The translations under genes and the position numbers were made by a program. A DNA stretch of 63,677 nt, the filler included, from Perkinsus chesapeaki ATCC PRA-425 (lineage: Eukaryota > Protista > Perkinsozoa): NCBI GenBank assembly GCA_013115145.1. It is 8 parts of 8 records of this genome, joined end to end, with 100 filler letters (N's around TTAATTAATTAA, not from the genome) between each part and the next. Parts side by side here need not be neighbours in the genome. Positions count along the whole stretch, not along the records: positions 1 to 15,815 come from JAAPAO010000719.1; 7 more parts are not named here. The stretch is one strand, 5' to 3'. The stretch's first letter is position 1. The number at the start of each line of letters is the position of its first letter. The notes under the pieces were generated by a model. The model searched no databases. It saw only the letters and a program-made list of their open reading frames with translations, and had not been told where the DNA came from. Shown in pieces: positions 1-13,234 of the stretch.

Positions 1-1416
1 AGACTCTCTGAGTTAGGGGCACACAGTCGCAAATCTGGCAGAGAATGGTCACAAAAACGTGATATTCTAAGTTAATTTGGAGGGCTGTAGTTAAGATACC
101 TAATCGGGAATCGGGTGTAAGTGAAATGGAGTGAAGCAGCATGCTACTCTCGGAAGGTGCCAAATGACGGGCTTGCATCACTCCCGGCAGTGGTGGGGCT
201 ATCGTGTACATTGAGATTTCCCCAGAGACCATCTAGGCACTGTTGTAGTCGATGATCAATTGCACTGTGAAACTGATGAGATAAAAAGCAGCCGATAAGG
301 CAGCCGCTTCCCAATGAGATCCTGCCCGACTTCACCGTTCAACGCATTTCTAATATGCTTGACAATATATTTTGGACTCGCTACGTACTTCAATAAAAGC
401 AAATTTCTGTTGATACTGTTTGTCCTTCTTTTCTCTATGTTATTTCGCAGAGAACTTCTCATGAACGATTTCCTCTCGCGCCTCGTACCTACCGGTTAAG
501 TACACCGTTTCTACCAGCCAGAAAGTCTCACTCAATAAAAGCGTCAGTGTTGGCAAGAAATCCCACCACTGTTCCGAAAGCTCTGGTGTACTTAAGAATA
601 TGCGGCAGAACGATCCCTACATATTAATAATAAAATATCACGCCAAACACGAGTCGGACATACGGCCCTCTGGATTGGATTCATCATCAGTAACAAGCAG
701 AAGGTCGTATATCTCTGACACCAAGGTCCGAAAAATGGCCATGGTCCAAAAAAGTTTTCGCTCAGAGCGAAAGCGAAGCGACAAAGTGCTGATAGACCTA
801 AAGCAACCGGACGAGCTTGGATAATTAACATTCCGTCTTTGTTTCCACCCAATTCATTCAACAATTATTGCCCTCGCAGGAGGCCCTGTTGTAAGATTGG
901 TATAACGCCGTTCCCTGGAATGCATGTTCACGACTACAATAACAATGTTTATTTGTGCAACAGATATTGTCTCATGTATATGAATATTTTCATAAGCGCG
1001 ACAGTTTATGCTTGTTGTTGAGTTTAGTCAGAGACATGCGTGACAAAGTTCCGTACTCGGCGGCACGCCCCACAGATTCCGATATACCCCTCTCCTTGTC
1101 TCGGGCCAGGATTGTAGCAATCCGACTGCTTGGTATTCGATCGAAGGGTGACAACACAACACTCGCTTGGTGAGCCTCCTGGAAAATCGATAAGAGTAAT
1201 CAGAACGATGGAGTGGACGTTTGAAAGAGCCCTGTCGAAGGACTACCGCGATAAGAAAAATCTGACTGGGCTCGCCAGCCTTGGGAAAATACGCAACCCA
1301 CGGAAAATGGACCTCGAATATGACAGAAACTCCGACACTAAACATGCATGAGCTTCGCATGGGATGAAGGAAGAGGCCACTAGACGGCACGGAATCCAGT
1401 TGATAATCAATCACGT

Positions 1417-1704
1417 TTAGCCAAGTAATAGAGGATGCAAAAGTCCGAAGATGATGACAAGGGAGAGCACAGTCGATGCATGGGTTGTACGAAAGCCAGG
1501 ACGGATGGCAACACTAGGTGGCTTATAACTCGGATCCGACGTATTAGGAGCCCAGTGGAACTTTGAATAGTAAGCGTCCTCCTCGATCTGACACGACTCT
1601 CGAAAAAAGCAAGTTATATCGACACCTACCCGCTCTTTATAGTTCTTGCCGAGGACGTATACAAATATCGTGTTCCAGTCCTCGTGTACCGCGAGGCGTT
1701 CCAC
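1417..1704 (-). CDS. Probable 3' exon of a hypothetical secreted or membrane-anchored protein
   Basis: ORF ends in a hydrophobic tail (STVLSLVIIFGLLHPLLLG*). Upstream exons could not be resolved. Confidence 0.3.
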   Translation of the reverse strand: MERLAVHEDWNTIFVYVLGKNYKERVGVDITCFFRESCQIEEDAYYSKFHWAPNTSDPSYKPPSVAIRPGFRTTHASTVLSLVIIFGLLHPLLLG

Positions 1705-4700
1705 AGTGTCCCCGAGATATCTGAAGGTCTAGGGTGCACTCGAAAGGCTATAAAGGGTCGAGCTAGTGATATCATCTGCACGATTGAACACTATGGAGCT
1801 CACCTGTTGCCATCGTCCAACTTAAAGATGACCGTTGGTGTAACAAGTCCATTGTGAGGGATAGCTTCACGAATTGACTCTATGTTAATATAAGAGATCT
1901 CCATTCCAGGTTTTTTACCCACACGATCCCTGTAGACCAGTATGATGACTAACTATCTGATATCGAAGTAAGGCGCAGTTTACCTCTCGGAAAGGATCAT
2001 AACATCACCGCTCCTTAACTGAGCCACATCGGACATCCGCACGTTGAAATCGCTCTACAGAAGATCATTAACGCGATTTTATGCTTCGTTTGCTTGCCTT
2101 GATGCGGAATTTCTGAGTCTGTTTAGAGACCTCATTGTAAGCAAAAACCTCTATAATCTCATCTTCAGGAAGAGAGTGCTGACAGAAGATCAGCAAAAGG
2201 CCGCCATCGCCGCTATCTGGGGTTGCACCTAATCGATTCACTCATCATAGGTTCTGGAGAAACCCGCGGTACGCAGTTTTAAGATGGTCCTCAGATATTT
2301 ACAACGGTCTGAGAGATTTATGGCATGTACACCGATATGCACGCCGACACCTCCTTGTAGACCGTGTGAGTATCTGACGTGAAAAATACCTCCAAAACGA
2401 CCACCAATAACGCTTCGATTACTTTATTATGTCGCTGTTCTCGTAGAGGGCATAAAACTCACCTTGGAGCCCTCCCTGATATTCACCACTGATAATCAGC
2501 CTTTCTATATAACCTAGAGCTGAGACCAAGTAAAAGATCAAAACGACGATGTGGGAGCGCCGCTGGCTTACCGGTGAAAAGTGAGCGTCCATAGATATCT
2601 TCCGGGTCAGGCAACCAATTTATGGAAATTGGGGTACTGGAGCCTCCAACTGAAAAAGGATTTGCCATCCAATAATAGTGCCTAAAAGGTTGGGAATATC
2701 CCTTTCTCCTAATCAAAGGCCAACTGTGGCTTGCGTCCTACATGTGAGATATACCTCCCACCATCTGGAAACCATCCTCGCTGAAAATCATCGATACCTG
2801 CCGGGCTGCCCATCCACCTTTTTCGATCTTCAGAGTCTTTACGTGCTTGAGGATTCCTAAAATGGAGGGGGTAGATTATGAAGTCTAACTCGGTATCTAC
2901 CTTTTGATGAATTGAAAACTATTGGATTAGGAGGCTCAATGTCGATGAGGGTAACCGGTGCAGTATAGAGGGCACTTTCAACATAATGTTGAAAGGAGGC
3001 AGCGAGGAGGACGAGGAGTGAAATAGTTGAAAGCATTGAGCACTGCTACTAATAGCAATGAACAGCGAGGTGTCACATATAGTATTTCGAAATCTCGAAG
3101 TGAAAGGGCACCGCATGTGTTGAGATAACAATGCCATGCCGAGGAATCGCACTACCATTAACGGCGACAGTACCCGTATATACAACGCTATTAGTGTCGT
3201 ATATACAGTTGCCGAATGAACAAGGTATCTCTCGCGAAGCCCCCGCTCGCGGCTGCTAGCACAGCGCCGCCACCTGTTCACGTACAGCTGGGCTGATCCG
3301 CCTTATCCTCTCTTGGAAACCAGACTGTTTGAGTATTTCAACTTGCGAGCGAGAGTTGCCACGAACTGGTCTGCGAATCAAAAGTGTGAGTCCTAGGTAG
3401 CGAGCTGTAACCCGATCCACCGTTTTCTGTGAGCCTATCATCTGTGCTGCCGCTGTGCTGGGTGGGGGAGCACAACAGCAGCACAAGGGCCGGCCCGACC
3501 GGTGTCACTGGCGAATGCAGCACGACTACCAGCGCCGCTCCACGAGCCTCAACGGTGACTGTTCCTCTGCTTACATGTTGCTCGATGGCACCCCCTGTGG
3601 CTGCTGAGCAATTAGACTAGCCATGGTGTGAGCAGAAACATGGAACGAAGGCCTGAGACAGGATTGTCTAACGAAGGATTCTTCGCAGTTGGTCGTCCAA
3701 ACCCGCAGTTACACAAAACAGACAAAATTGCCTAGTGACCTTATTTAGTATGAACAAACTCACGTTAAGGCCAATCGATTGAGAGTTGATTGGTTGTATG
3801 GCGTTTAGTTGGGGAAAGAGGAGTCTTTGCTAGACTCGTTGTAAACGTAGCACAGCTTACTTGGGAACCCGATAATCGAATCAGACGATGCAAACTGTGG
3901 TCACCGTCCCACTGAATGAGAATCTGAACTCGAGATCAGTCAGAGTTGAATTCCAACGTGCTGCCGGATACTGATAAGCCTCTGGCAGCCCGACCTCTTG
4001 CTCAAATTTTGGGTGTGCTACAAACTCAGGCTCCAGGCAGTATCACCCAATATCGAAGTAACTTACTCCAAGTAAGGCAACACACATCTACTGAACTTCA
4101 GCGTTCCTCCCAAACTGAGCATTCCCTTGCTCAGTCCAACCTGCCGTTCAATCTTCATACTGTACAGTTGCGCTCATCAACCTATCTCCAATGGAAAAAT
4201 ATATGGAGCATACAAAGCTTATATCATAAGGCCCAACATTGCGAAAATGCGCCCCCCCCACAGAAAGTGCGCGGACACACAAGTGTCTCCACCTCGGATG
4301 ACATTTCCCTCTAATGAGTTTTGTTTGTTAGTAGAGAAGCGCTGAGCTCGATGAACAGTAGGAATATTTCAATGCTCAACCAGCTCTTTCGTTTGAGGAG
4401 AAACATACAGAACAGTCTAATATAGCATCACGTAAAGCTACCTGCATACTGTATAAAGACACACCCCTCCAACGGCGCCTTCATGCTGGTAAGAGGCCGC
4501 GCCATATTTCGCTTAAGCTAATCGGAGGGTGTCCGAGTTCCGTAAGTCAAGGTTCTTGCACAGTGTGTCCGGGAACCAGTAGAGTATCAGTCGAAGCCCA
4601 TCAGTCGAAGCTCTATTACGGAAGACACCGTTGCTTGCTTCATGAGGAAGCTGTCAACTCGTATCCTCTTATAATTTTTCGCTGTTGCCTGTTCTTCAGT

Positions 4701-4738
4701 TGTCCTTTTACTTTAACAGACAACACCTCACAACACTA

Positions 4739-5458
4739 ATGTCATTCTTGGTACTTTCCTCTGTATCGCTTCTAATCATGGTGACACAACCGTGCTTCGG
4801 AGGCAGCAGAACTTTGCGCGTTCCGGTGGTTGCCAGTGACCCAAACAACTGCCTGTATAGGAAGACTGCTGGCCTCTATTGTTGGTATATTTTAAGAGAC
4901 AAACATCAAGTCAATGGTGGTATGAGACTACTATCCAACAGCACTGGTGTCACTTCGTTCACCTCCTTAGAGCTAAGCGCCGTTTTAGATAGTGGGGGAC
5001 ACCCCCAGAATGTGGGTTTTTGGGTTGAAGGTACCACAGCATATAGCTCGGTTCTCTTCGGAGATGTTAAGCTAGATCTGTACCTCAACGTTCCTGCTGC
5101 CTCGAGGGAAACCGGTCGTGCTTTCGAAGATAGATGGGAGCTTGGTTTCCCCTTCTCCGTCCGCTCTACTGTACAAGTTCCTCATATCGGGAGTATCACC
5201 GCTATTGGTAATGCGACAGCCAGCGCCATCGTTAAGAAAAATGGCAATGCCTACATGGTTCTAGATGTCGATACATTCTCGAGGTCGGGCAGCTCCCTCT
5301 CGGCGTTGTGTGGATTTACCGTTATCATTCGCTCCGAAGACTTGGTCACTTGGTACTATGAAGCCTACGCTTACCTTTACGTGAAAGGCAACAAAGGAGG
5401 ATATACAATTCAATACGACGCTCCAGTCCTAAATATTCTCGACGGCTCTCTCAAGTGA
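4739..5458 (+). CDS. Hypothetical secreted protein (~239 aa, intronless, beta-rich)
   Basis: ATG at 4739 starts a signal-peptide-like segment (MSFLVLSSVSLLIMVTQPCFG) and the frame is open to TGA at 5458. No family recognised. Confidence 0.6.
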   Translation: MSFLVLSSVSLLIMVTQPCFGGSRTLRVPVVASDPNNCLYRKTAGLYCWYILRDKHQVNGGMRLLSNSTGVTSFTSLELSAVLDSGGHPQNVGFWVEGTTAYSSVLFGDVKLDLYLNVPAASRETGRAFEDRWELGFPFSVRSTVQVPHIGSITAIGNATASAIVKKNGNAYMVLDVDTFSRSGSSLSALCGFTVIIRSEDLVTWYYEAYAYLYVKGNKGGYTIQYDAPVLNILDGSLK

Positions 5459-5691
5459 GACTTTTCAAAATGTATCATTGGAAGCTTCCACATATCGTAC
5501 AGTCGCGGCCATTATCGGCTTGAATTACTTGCTGAGCGCAGCGGGTTTTATCGTCTATTTTTTGTGTTTTATATGCAACATAATGACTTTACTTTTCGTA
5601 CCATCCAAGGCGCTTGGGCCCAGTGGTCGTCTGATGATGGTTCGTTGTGAAAAAGGGTACGAACTGTATTGAATATTACAGTTTGGAATAT

Positions 5692-5713
5692 GTCTCTACT
5701 AGAGACTCTCTAG
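5692..5713. other. Palindromic transposon-excision footprint (8-bp word GTCTCTAG)
   Basis: Reads GTCTCTA + CTAGAGAC + TCTCTAG, an exact triplet. The unmodified GTCTCTAG is present in a local duplicate at 5760-5767. Confidence 0.7.
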
Positions 5714-6343
5714 CCGATTTCATTAGGTTCGTTCTGAAAAAGGGTACGAACTAGGATATGTCTCTAGCTGATGTTATCTCCTTGTATCATGTACGTATGC
5801 GATATGTCAATACACTTTAGATGTTGCTCCAAGTAGTATGAGTGATTGTCGACCTTTAACATGGTCCCTCTAAGAACGGTGCGTCAACTTGGTACCCCCA
5901 AGTAGTCGTACAATTATTATCGCTTTCCGCACCTAAATGCGTGTCTTTCTCGGTGGTTGTTCATTGTGTTGATCTAAGTGATGGATGTCCCTTCGGTGTA
6001 ACGAATGGCGTAAAGTATCATAACTGTGCTGCAATCGCTGTCTCATTCACATTGCTCTGGTCGGCTTGCTGATGATGAGTGACGCTCTGCATCAGTGGCA
6101 CCTCGTTAATGCCTCCTGAGGCGGTCTGTGGATGGATTAAATTATCGGTGAATCGATGAGCACCGCTCGTTGAGCAGACGGAGGTGGAGCTAGATCGAGG
6201 CGTCTGCCTCGAGAGCGTATTCCGAGAATCCTTCTTTGGAACGCCAGACGTGTCATCCGCGGCATGTGCACCCACCCCTCGGCAGCTTGGTAGCAGCAGC
6301 TGCAACACAACTCGGCCAATGATCCGAAAAATAGATCATAAAT

Positions 6344-9300
6344 TCAGTGCAGCTTCCAAAGACGTAAAAAGCCGTCGCCTCCACCTGTCACCTACAGGAA
6401 ACATCCCAGTAAAAGGAACGAATAAACCTACAATAGTGTCGTCTCCCATCCACCCGACCGCAGTGACACCGTCCTTATGACAGTCGGTCAACCTCAGAAA
6501 CAGACTCGCGTTCTCCGCGGTGGATACATCGAAGATGCAAACCTTCGTCGATATGAACCATCAAGAACGCATTGATGAGGTACCATTTTGTCGAGGCCAG
6601 CAGTGGCTAGCTTATCGTCATCGCTCCATGAACAATCCATGATCCTAGATGTGTGGTAGGTCCAGCCTTGAGTTGACGGAATTGTTGCCCACGTGCTCGT
6701 CGCGATGATGCTCACAGAACCTTGACAGACTTCCTTAGACTTCCTTCATCTTTGCCTCACCGTCGACAGCACCGACTGCCAAGTGCTTCGTATTTTGGGA
6801 GAACTCCAGGATGCATATGTCAGCCTTATGATTGCTTCTAACCCGGCGTACCTGTAACCAGCACATGCACACGTCACTCAGTGATACAACAGGCTGCCAC
6901 CATCTGATATACCTCGATCTTTCGAAGATCATCTTTTACTCGACACATATTTGATTTTCCTTTCTACACCTTACTTTTTTCGCAAAATTTTCCCACACGG
7001 GACCCTTCTTTCCGAGACGAAGTATTATGAAGTGTATGAGACAAATTGCCCCCATAGATCCCCGTAGAGCGTTGAGCCAAAAAGCCTTGGGCATGTAGCG
7101 TACCTCCGCGCCGGTAAAGATGTCGTAGATGAAGACCTCACGCTCCGTGACTTGTTCATGTAGAGAGGCAGTTGAAGCCTCATAGGAAACCGCAATGCAC
7201 TTTAGTTCTTCGCTAAATGCTATCTGAATGCAGAAGGAGAGATGTAGTAGCGCACATGGCCGGATGGGGGACGAGGAAGGCCCTCGGGTGTAGCAATCAA
7301 AGGCCACCGACGGTAAACTATAATTCGTTAAGATGGTGTTCCTGGATCACTCAAGCAAGTTGGGCCCAGCCGGAACCAGAGGCCTCTCATAGGTCCCTCG
7401 AGAACCAAGGGGTATTCCAAGTGCTAAAATCCAACATATGCTCCTAGTAAAAGAGTCTACCTTACTGGTAAAGACTGCCTGGGAACACCTCACGGAAGAT
7501 GCCCTCAACCTTACCGCCAATGGTTCCCTTTCAAGCTTTATGCTAAGGCGTCCGTCCGCCGATTCGATGTGGCGTCTTTTGGCTGAGAAGACTACTGCAG
7601 ATCCGCCGTGCAGTCCAAGGAGCTGTGATGAGTCAGCAACCTAGTTCCGAAGTCCCCGGTCGAAGCGTCGTGTGATGAGGTTACTTCGCTCGACTTATTA
7701 GTTCCTTCTAGGATGACACCTTCTTTGTTAACAATGACCGGTACGCCTGTACTTGGCGGAAGCAAGATGCCAGCCGTGGGCCGGATACTCTTTGCAAGGC
7801 TGATAACGAAGACGAGGATCACCAAGCACTGATACTGGGGCAGACACACCAAGTCACTTGGTCGAACTCCGGTTTCCATTGGTGCAAAGTTGAGTCGGCC
7901 GAAGCCCATAGGACTCTGTCATTCACGTTATCGTAAGCCACAGAATATATCTGAGCTTCTTAGCTTCCTCAACAATCGGTGAGAAGTTCAGTTCACCGCT
8001 CCACAGCTCCCAACAAATTCGTCCAATCGCTGCCCGTCGGCGACACTCCATCTCAAGAGCCGACCGTCGAGGCATGTGGTGATCACGGCCAGCTGCCCAG
8101 CAACCTGCGCCGCACCTCGTTCGAGGAGCTCTCTTCGAGCCGGCTCACAGCGACGCCAACTTGCTGATCCGCAAGCTCCTTGCCGACTTCCACGTCCCAT
8201 CGGAGCGTCCCATTGCTTGCACTGCCAATATCGAAACACCGAACCTTACGAAGGGATCAATGTTTAGACTTCGCATTTTGAACTCACGTGCTTGTCAGCG
8301 CATGCAGTAACGACCGTGTTGTCGTCTGGACAGGCGACGGCGAATATCGTACAGGGCAACTTAGGCAGAGAATACTGGAACTCCGCCGTTGAACCTGTCG
8401 AACCATGCTACCCTGTTAGCCTTCGGAAGAAGTACCATCAAAGACGTTAACGACGCCGTCACTCCCACAGGTCACAAGCTGACTGCCATTCGGGGTGTAT
8501 GTGACGCCTTGGACGAAGTTGGTGTGCTTTCCTAAAAAGCAAGGGACGGGGTCGCAGTTTTAGGTATGTTACTCATGGCTCACCAGTGAGGGAAGTCTTG
8601 AACTTGAAAGGTGGACCCTCGTAAAGATTGACACACGTATCCTCCGACCCTGCAAATGAGATGTAGTGGAGTTGGACACGTTTGGAATACCCGTGGCAAT
8701 TCTGAAGGGTCTTGCAGGACGGAAGGAGATACTATTGATGCCTTTCTGATGACCAGATAAATCTCCGATCTAAAGTGCCGCGTTGGGTAGGCAGGATTTG
8801 TGTCAGTCTTGCCTTGTTCCCAGTATCCCACATGACGCAGGCGGCAGATATCTCGCGGCCGCTACCACAGACTGCAATACGCTGGGAATCAGGGGACCAA
8901 GAAATGCCCTGAGGAGCACTGTTCACTTCAATGTGTGGTAGAGGCTGACCCTTATGTCGCCGCTCCAGAGTCGGAATTCTCCCTTGTCGGCATGGTCACC
9001 CTTGGCACCCCAAACCTAATATGGACTGTAGCGCATGTGGAGAGATAGGTCACTTTGAGGATGCCAGAGTTGTCTCCGCTGGCGACCCACTGCCCATTGG
9101 GCGATATGACAGCAACTTGGACGCGCCTTGTGGCATGGCCAGTATACGCGAACTAACCGATGGCGAACGTTCCAGGATTAAGTACAGGCAGCTACGTACC
9201 ACATCATTGGCAACCTTTAAATGACGCAGAACAACATTGTTTCCGGAGGGGTATCTGAGCTCGGAGCAGTTCGGTCCTTACAAGGGGGGCCTGTAGGATA

Positions 9301-9438
9301 GAGGGAAGCGGTGATACGATCGGTGCCCCATCTTAACGCTATTTTGTTGGAGTCAGTTTGGTCCACTGAGATACTAAAGGGGAACCCTCGCTCTGGAGAA
9401 GGTAGAGGTGGATAACAAGCATACGGAGAACTTGTCAT
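6344..9438 (-). CDS. AIP1: Actin-interacting protein 1 / WDR1-like WD40 protein (multi-exon)
   Basis: Exons translate to YPPLPSPERGFPFSISVD (AIP1 N-terminus), VYTGHA..VAVISPNGQWVASGDNSGILKV, GHQKGINSISFRPARPFRIATG, HTSRIMDCSWSDDDKLATAGLDKMV and HKDGVTAVGWMGDDTIVTGGGDGFLRLWKLH*. Confidence 0.85.
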
Positions 9439-10155
9439 TTGGACTCGGGGAACTGAAAGGCTATGGGTCAGATACATCCACGTCGAAGGGCTTGCGGGAC
9501 TCGGCAAAGAGAAGTTATTTGCAGAAAAACCTTCCTGCCAGGAGAACTTGGGTCCCCAGAGTACGGCTTGCGCTGCGGGTTCCCCTCTCTCAACACGGGC
9601 TCAGTGGAGTCTGGGGCGACGCATTTAGATGAAGCCGCGATATGGGGCGGCCCGGTGTGCCGGCCCACGAGAACGCATGCGCAAAACCGTAGCACATGCG
9701 CGTGCGTGCAGAAGAAGAATGAGGCAACTCCTGAGTAAAACAGACTCTCATACAATGTAGTTAGGTCGCGCTAATATGTGTGATACACTCGGTAATATCA
9801 AGGCCTATGTCGATGAGTAGGGGATGGGCCTCAAACATGTGTATCTAACATACCACTCAGAGAGTGGTTTCCATTACGAGGGCCCCAACCAAGTAACATT
9901 AATTCAACAACACTAAATGAAGAGACAAAATAGAGACGAGATCAGACGCCAACGTCAAGACTTGAGCTCCTGTAGGACTAGTCAAGCTGATTGCGCTTAG
10001 AACTAGTCCGGCTCAACCTGTGTCAAAATTATGAGGAATATAAGTTTTCTGCAGGGTCAAGAAATCAGGACAAAATATGAGTGAGAGAAAAAGAGATATC
10101 GCGGGGAGCTCCGCCATTTGTACTTGATGGCCAAGACTAAATACAAGCAATCACT

Positions 10156-11868
10156 CTAAAGGTCTTCTAGAAGGTTGACCTCTTTATTATCAAATATTCT
10201 TATGAGACCAGTGTGCTTGTAGAATGGCGCCCAGATGCCATATGCCACAGGTAGATCAACTATATAATTTAGGATGTTTCCATTTGAGCGAGCGAAGAGT
10301 AGAGCCTCAACCACGAAACCAGCGACGAGCGCATCCAGGCCTCCGCTTAAAGGAAGATAATTGCCCAATAGGCTATCCTTCCCACCGCCAACGACGCCAA
10401 CCCCACCAAAACCGGCTGTTAGCAGGTCAGTTTTGTCAGCTTTTAGAGACACTTCCCCGGAAAGCACATATCCGCAGCCAATTGATGGCTGCTGATCAGG
10501 AAAGCGTCGAGGGTTACCTCCATCAAGAATCTGGAGGTTTGCTGTTGCCTCCAATCTAACCTCGCCATCGGTGGAGTATACGACGGCAGTACCTCCTCCT
10601 GATATATGAAGGTCTATCGCTTCACTATTCACCTGGATCAGATTTATTCCAGCACTGATCCTAGACGTATTCGGAGTATGATAATCGTAGATGGAAGCGG
10701 CCACATCAATAATGTTTCTTTCAGCCGTGGTGTTGAGACTGGCATGAACACAGAAGATATCATCGAATGTTTTCTGCTCCAAGTCGCATCCCTTAGGAGC
10801 CATGACATTGATGACAATCAGTTTTCTTCGGTCTGATTCATGCTTGAAGAATGCCTCAGCCGCAGAGTTCGGCTTGATAGTGAAATAGTCAATGGGCTGG
10901 AAACCATCAGTTGATGCTCGACGCCGAAGACTTCTATGTCCTTCATTCACCTTCAGCCAGTCTAAGTCATCCCAGCGCCCTTCATGAGCTTTATAGACCA
11001 GACGCTCATCTTCGGATAAGTGCCGCTCATGTAGATTTGATGGACTGGCGCGGTTCTCATTAGCAGCGGCCTTGGCGAACTGAGATTGCAAGGATTCCGC
11101 AGAGCTCTTGCAGGCAGTGCCACCATATACATGCTGAAGCTCATCGAAGGCATCATTTATGTTCATATTTTCGCTAAGCGTCTGGTGGGCGGTGACGAAG
11201 ACTTCTTCAAGGAGCTCATTCTCAGCGTAACTGTTTCTAGCTTCCATCTTCACGACTTTTCCGTCGACTTTCTCGTCCATGTAGAACGTGAAGGCATTTG
11301 CAGCAAGTCCTCCCTTGGCAAAGTTATCGAGAGACTCAGCACCTTTGATGTCAGTAGCATAGCCAGTGAGGACCCTAACGGGGATGCCATCGAGCACTGT
11401 ATGACCAGTCTCGGTGAAGCCATGCTCGGTTAGGCTAGATAGAAATCTGAAAGAGCCCCCTTTACTTTCACTGTTATTGTTGAAGTCCAAGACACCTTCA
11501 CTGGAAGTTGTAGCGACACCTCCGAAGATTTCTGCATGTTTGCGGTAGTGATCCGAGTTGGCAGACAATAGATATTTATACGGTCTGTTTGGGAGAACCG
11601 TTACTTTGGCCATACCGTCATCGACCAGAATAATGTCTTCTTTAGTAACGTGCACCCCATTTTCCATGCCCGGCAAGGTAAGACCCTCAGTGCCAGACAC
11701 ATCAGATATACCACATTTTGCAAAATTACCATCTGAACCAAGCATTTTAATGTTTGGAGTGCAGTAGGACTTCCTTAGCAGTTGCATACGCGTAGTAGTA
11801 CCAAGAGTAGAACCGAGAAGCTCGAAGAGGAAGAAGGTGACATAAGTACAAGCAGGAAGACGATACAT
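10156..11868 (-). CDS. Hypothetical secreted protein (~570 aa; 3' part may be spliced)
   Basis: Long ORF with an N-terminal signal-like segment (MYRLPACTYVTFFLFELLGSTLG) and basic processing-like sites (RSLRRR, DRRK). No family recognised. Confidence 0.6.
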   Translation of the reverse strand: MYRLPACTYVTFFLFELLGSTLGTTTRMQLLRKSYCTPNIKMLGSDGNFAKCGISDVSGTEGLTLPGMENGVHVTKEDIILVDDGMAKVTVLPNRPYKYLLSANSDHYRKHAEIFGGVATTSSEGVLDFNNNSESKGGSFRFLSSLTEHGFTETGHTVLDGIPVRVLTGYATDIKGAESLDNFAKGGLAANAFTFYMDEKVDGKVVKMEARNSYAENELLEEVFVTAHQTLSENMNINDAFDELQHVYGGTACKSSAESLQSQFAKAAANENRASPSNLHERHLSEDERLVYKAHEGRWDDLDWLKVNEGHRSLRRRASTDGFQPIDYFTIKPNSAAEAFFKHESDRRKLIVINVMAPKGCDLEQKTFDDIFCVHASLNTTAERNIIDVAASIYDYHTPNTSRISAGINLIQVNSEAIDLHISGGGTAVVYSTDGEVRLEATANLQILDGGNPRRFPDQQPSIGCGYVLSGEVSLKADKTDLLTAGFGGVGVVGGGKDSLLGNYLPLSGGLDALVAGFVVEALLFARSNGNILNYIVDLPVAYGIWAPFYKHTGLIRIFDNKEVNLLEDL

Positions 11869-12625
11869 GGTTACGCAGGATGAAACCTACTTAAGGAAAC
11901 TCTTCTGTTTGATTTAGTCGATTAGCGAAAACGACACAAAGAAAATAATGGTTACACGGTAGGGTTTTAGGAGGCTTCTGTTTGAGCGAGCAAAGAATAG
12001 ACACTAGACCAGCAGAGTAGCAACAAGAATACACCACTACAAACGGGAAATGGGTATAGAATGGGATTAAGCTATCTGCAGCTTAAGTTGTTCTTCAGAG
12101 TATAAAGATAGCTACAGATAGCTTAAAGTTCAGAGCTAAGTTTGATCTTCCACATTGACTGAAGTTCCATAGTAGCAAACAGAGAGGCGTAATAGGGTAA
12201 GGACTACAGGGTATATTTTTAAGCAGTCTGGGATGGTATGTACTATGCAGCACTACGGGTCACCACTCGCGAAGTAATCACAAACTGCGTTGCTTGTGTA
12301 TCCCTGCGGTCCACAGGGTGGCTTTGAATGTATAGCTATTGTTGTTAGGTCGTGTAGTGCTTCGCATTCACTGTAAGGCAGTCTTAATAGTGTACGTGGG
12401 CGGCAACCTTGTAAGTTGAAGCTGCAACGATAGGGCCGCCAGAGTGGTATATAAGGATCACACACCTTCTGGGGTGGGCTTCTACCCGAAGTCCAGTACA
12501 TATTAGCTATGAGCAGCCTTCATTCAGCAGTTCTCGATATTAGTTTTGAAAACCTGTTTCAGAACCAGTCTTGTCAGTGTTCGACGGACGAGAAGACCAA
12601 GTGGGCCTCGTTTGCTATGCCGGCT

Positions 12626-13234
12626 CTACACCTTTTTAACATCAAGTTCACACTTTAGGAACTTCAATTTCGTCTCAACGGGCGAATTTGAGGGCACGAA
12701 TCTGAAACGGGAAGATCCACTTCACCGTTAGGATTTTCAATTTCGCCATAGGATTCTCAAGTTCGACAAGATAAGTTAGTATAGTCGAGTTCGCTCGACT
12801 AGGACAATCAATTTCGCCGTTAGGATCTTCGATTTCGCGTTCGGACTTTCAATGTTCGCCAGTCCCTCATGGTACATTCAATTTCGCAACAGTAGAATAT
12901 TCAAGTTCACAGTTAGGAAGATCGATTTCGCTCAAGTCGAGGGTAACCACCTACTGCGAACACGACAAACATTTTGAAAACTATATTTTGAACATGGCAA
13001 CAAGGCACCGCTATCACAGTACAGCACGCAGCGAATTTGTGTGGGCATACTATCGGTCTACTGGGAAGGGCTTTGAACATGGAAGACATACCGGCAGGAG
13101 GCTGATCAGCACTGCCGACCCAATCACGATTAGTCAACAACTCGTCACGATGTGGCACATGTAGAACATGTAGAACATGTCATGTACCTCAAGTCAAGAT
13201 TCTCAGGAGTGTTCAGAATGTTAAAAAGGTGTAG
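12626..13234. mobile_element. MITE / non-autonomous DNA transposon (~610 bp)
   Basis: Perfect 17-bp inverted repeat CTACACCTTTTTAACAT (12626-12642) and ATGTTAAAAAGGTGTAG (13218-13234), readable as TA-TSD + CACC...GGTG + TA. It contains an internal ~20-bp degenerate array and no long ORF. Confidence 0.65.
12641..12925 (+). repeat. Degenerate ~20-bp tandem array (consensus about TCAATTTCGCCGTTAGGANTT)
   Basis: Recurring TCAATTTCG / TCAAGTTC / TCGATTTCG units separated by TAGGA-like segments. Confidence 0.75.

Noticed and set aside
144-1414. Short ORFs in the first 1.4 kb and in 2.0-4.3 kb
   Set aside because: No recognisable motifs or consistent exon chain could be supported, although a spliced minus-strand gene cannot be excluded.
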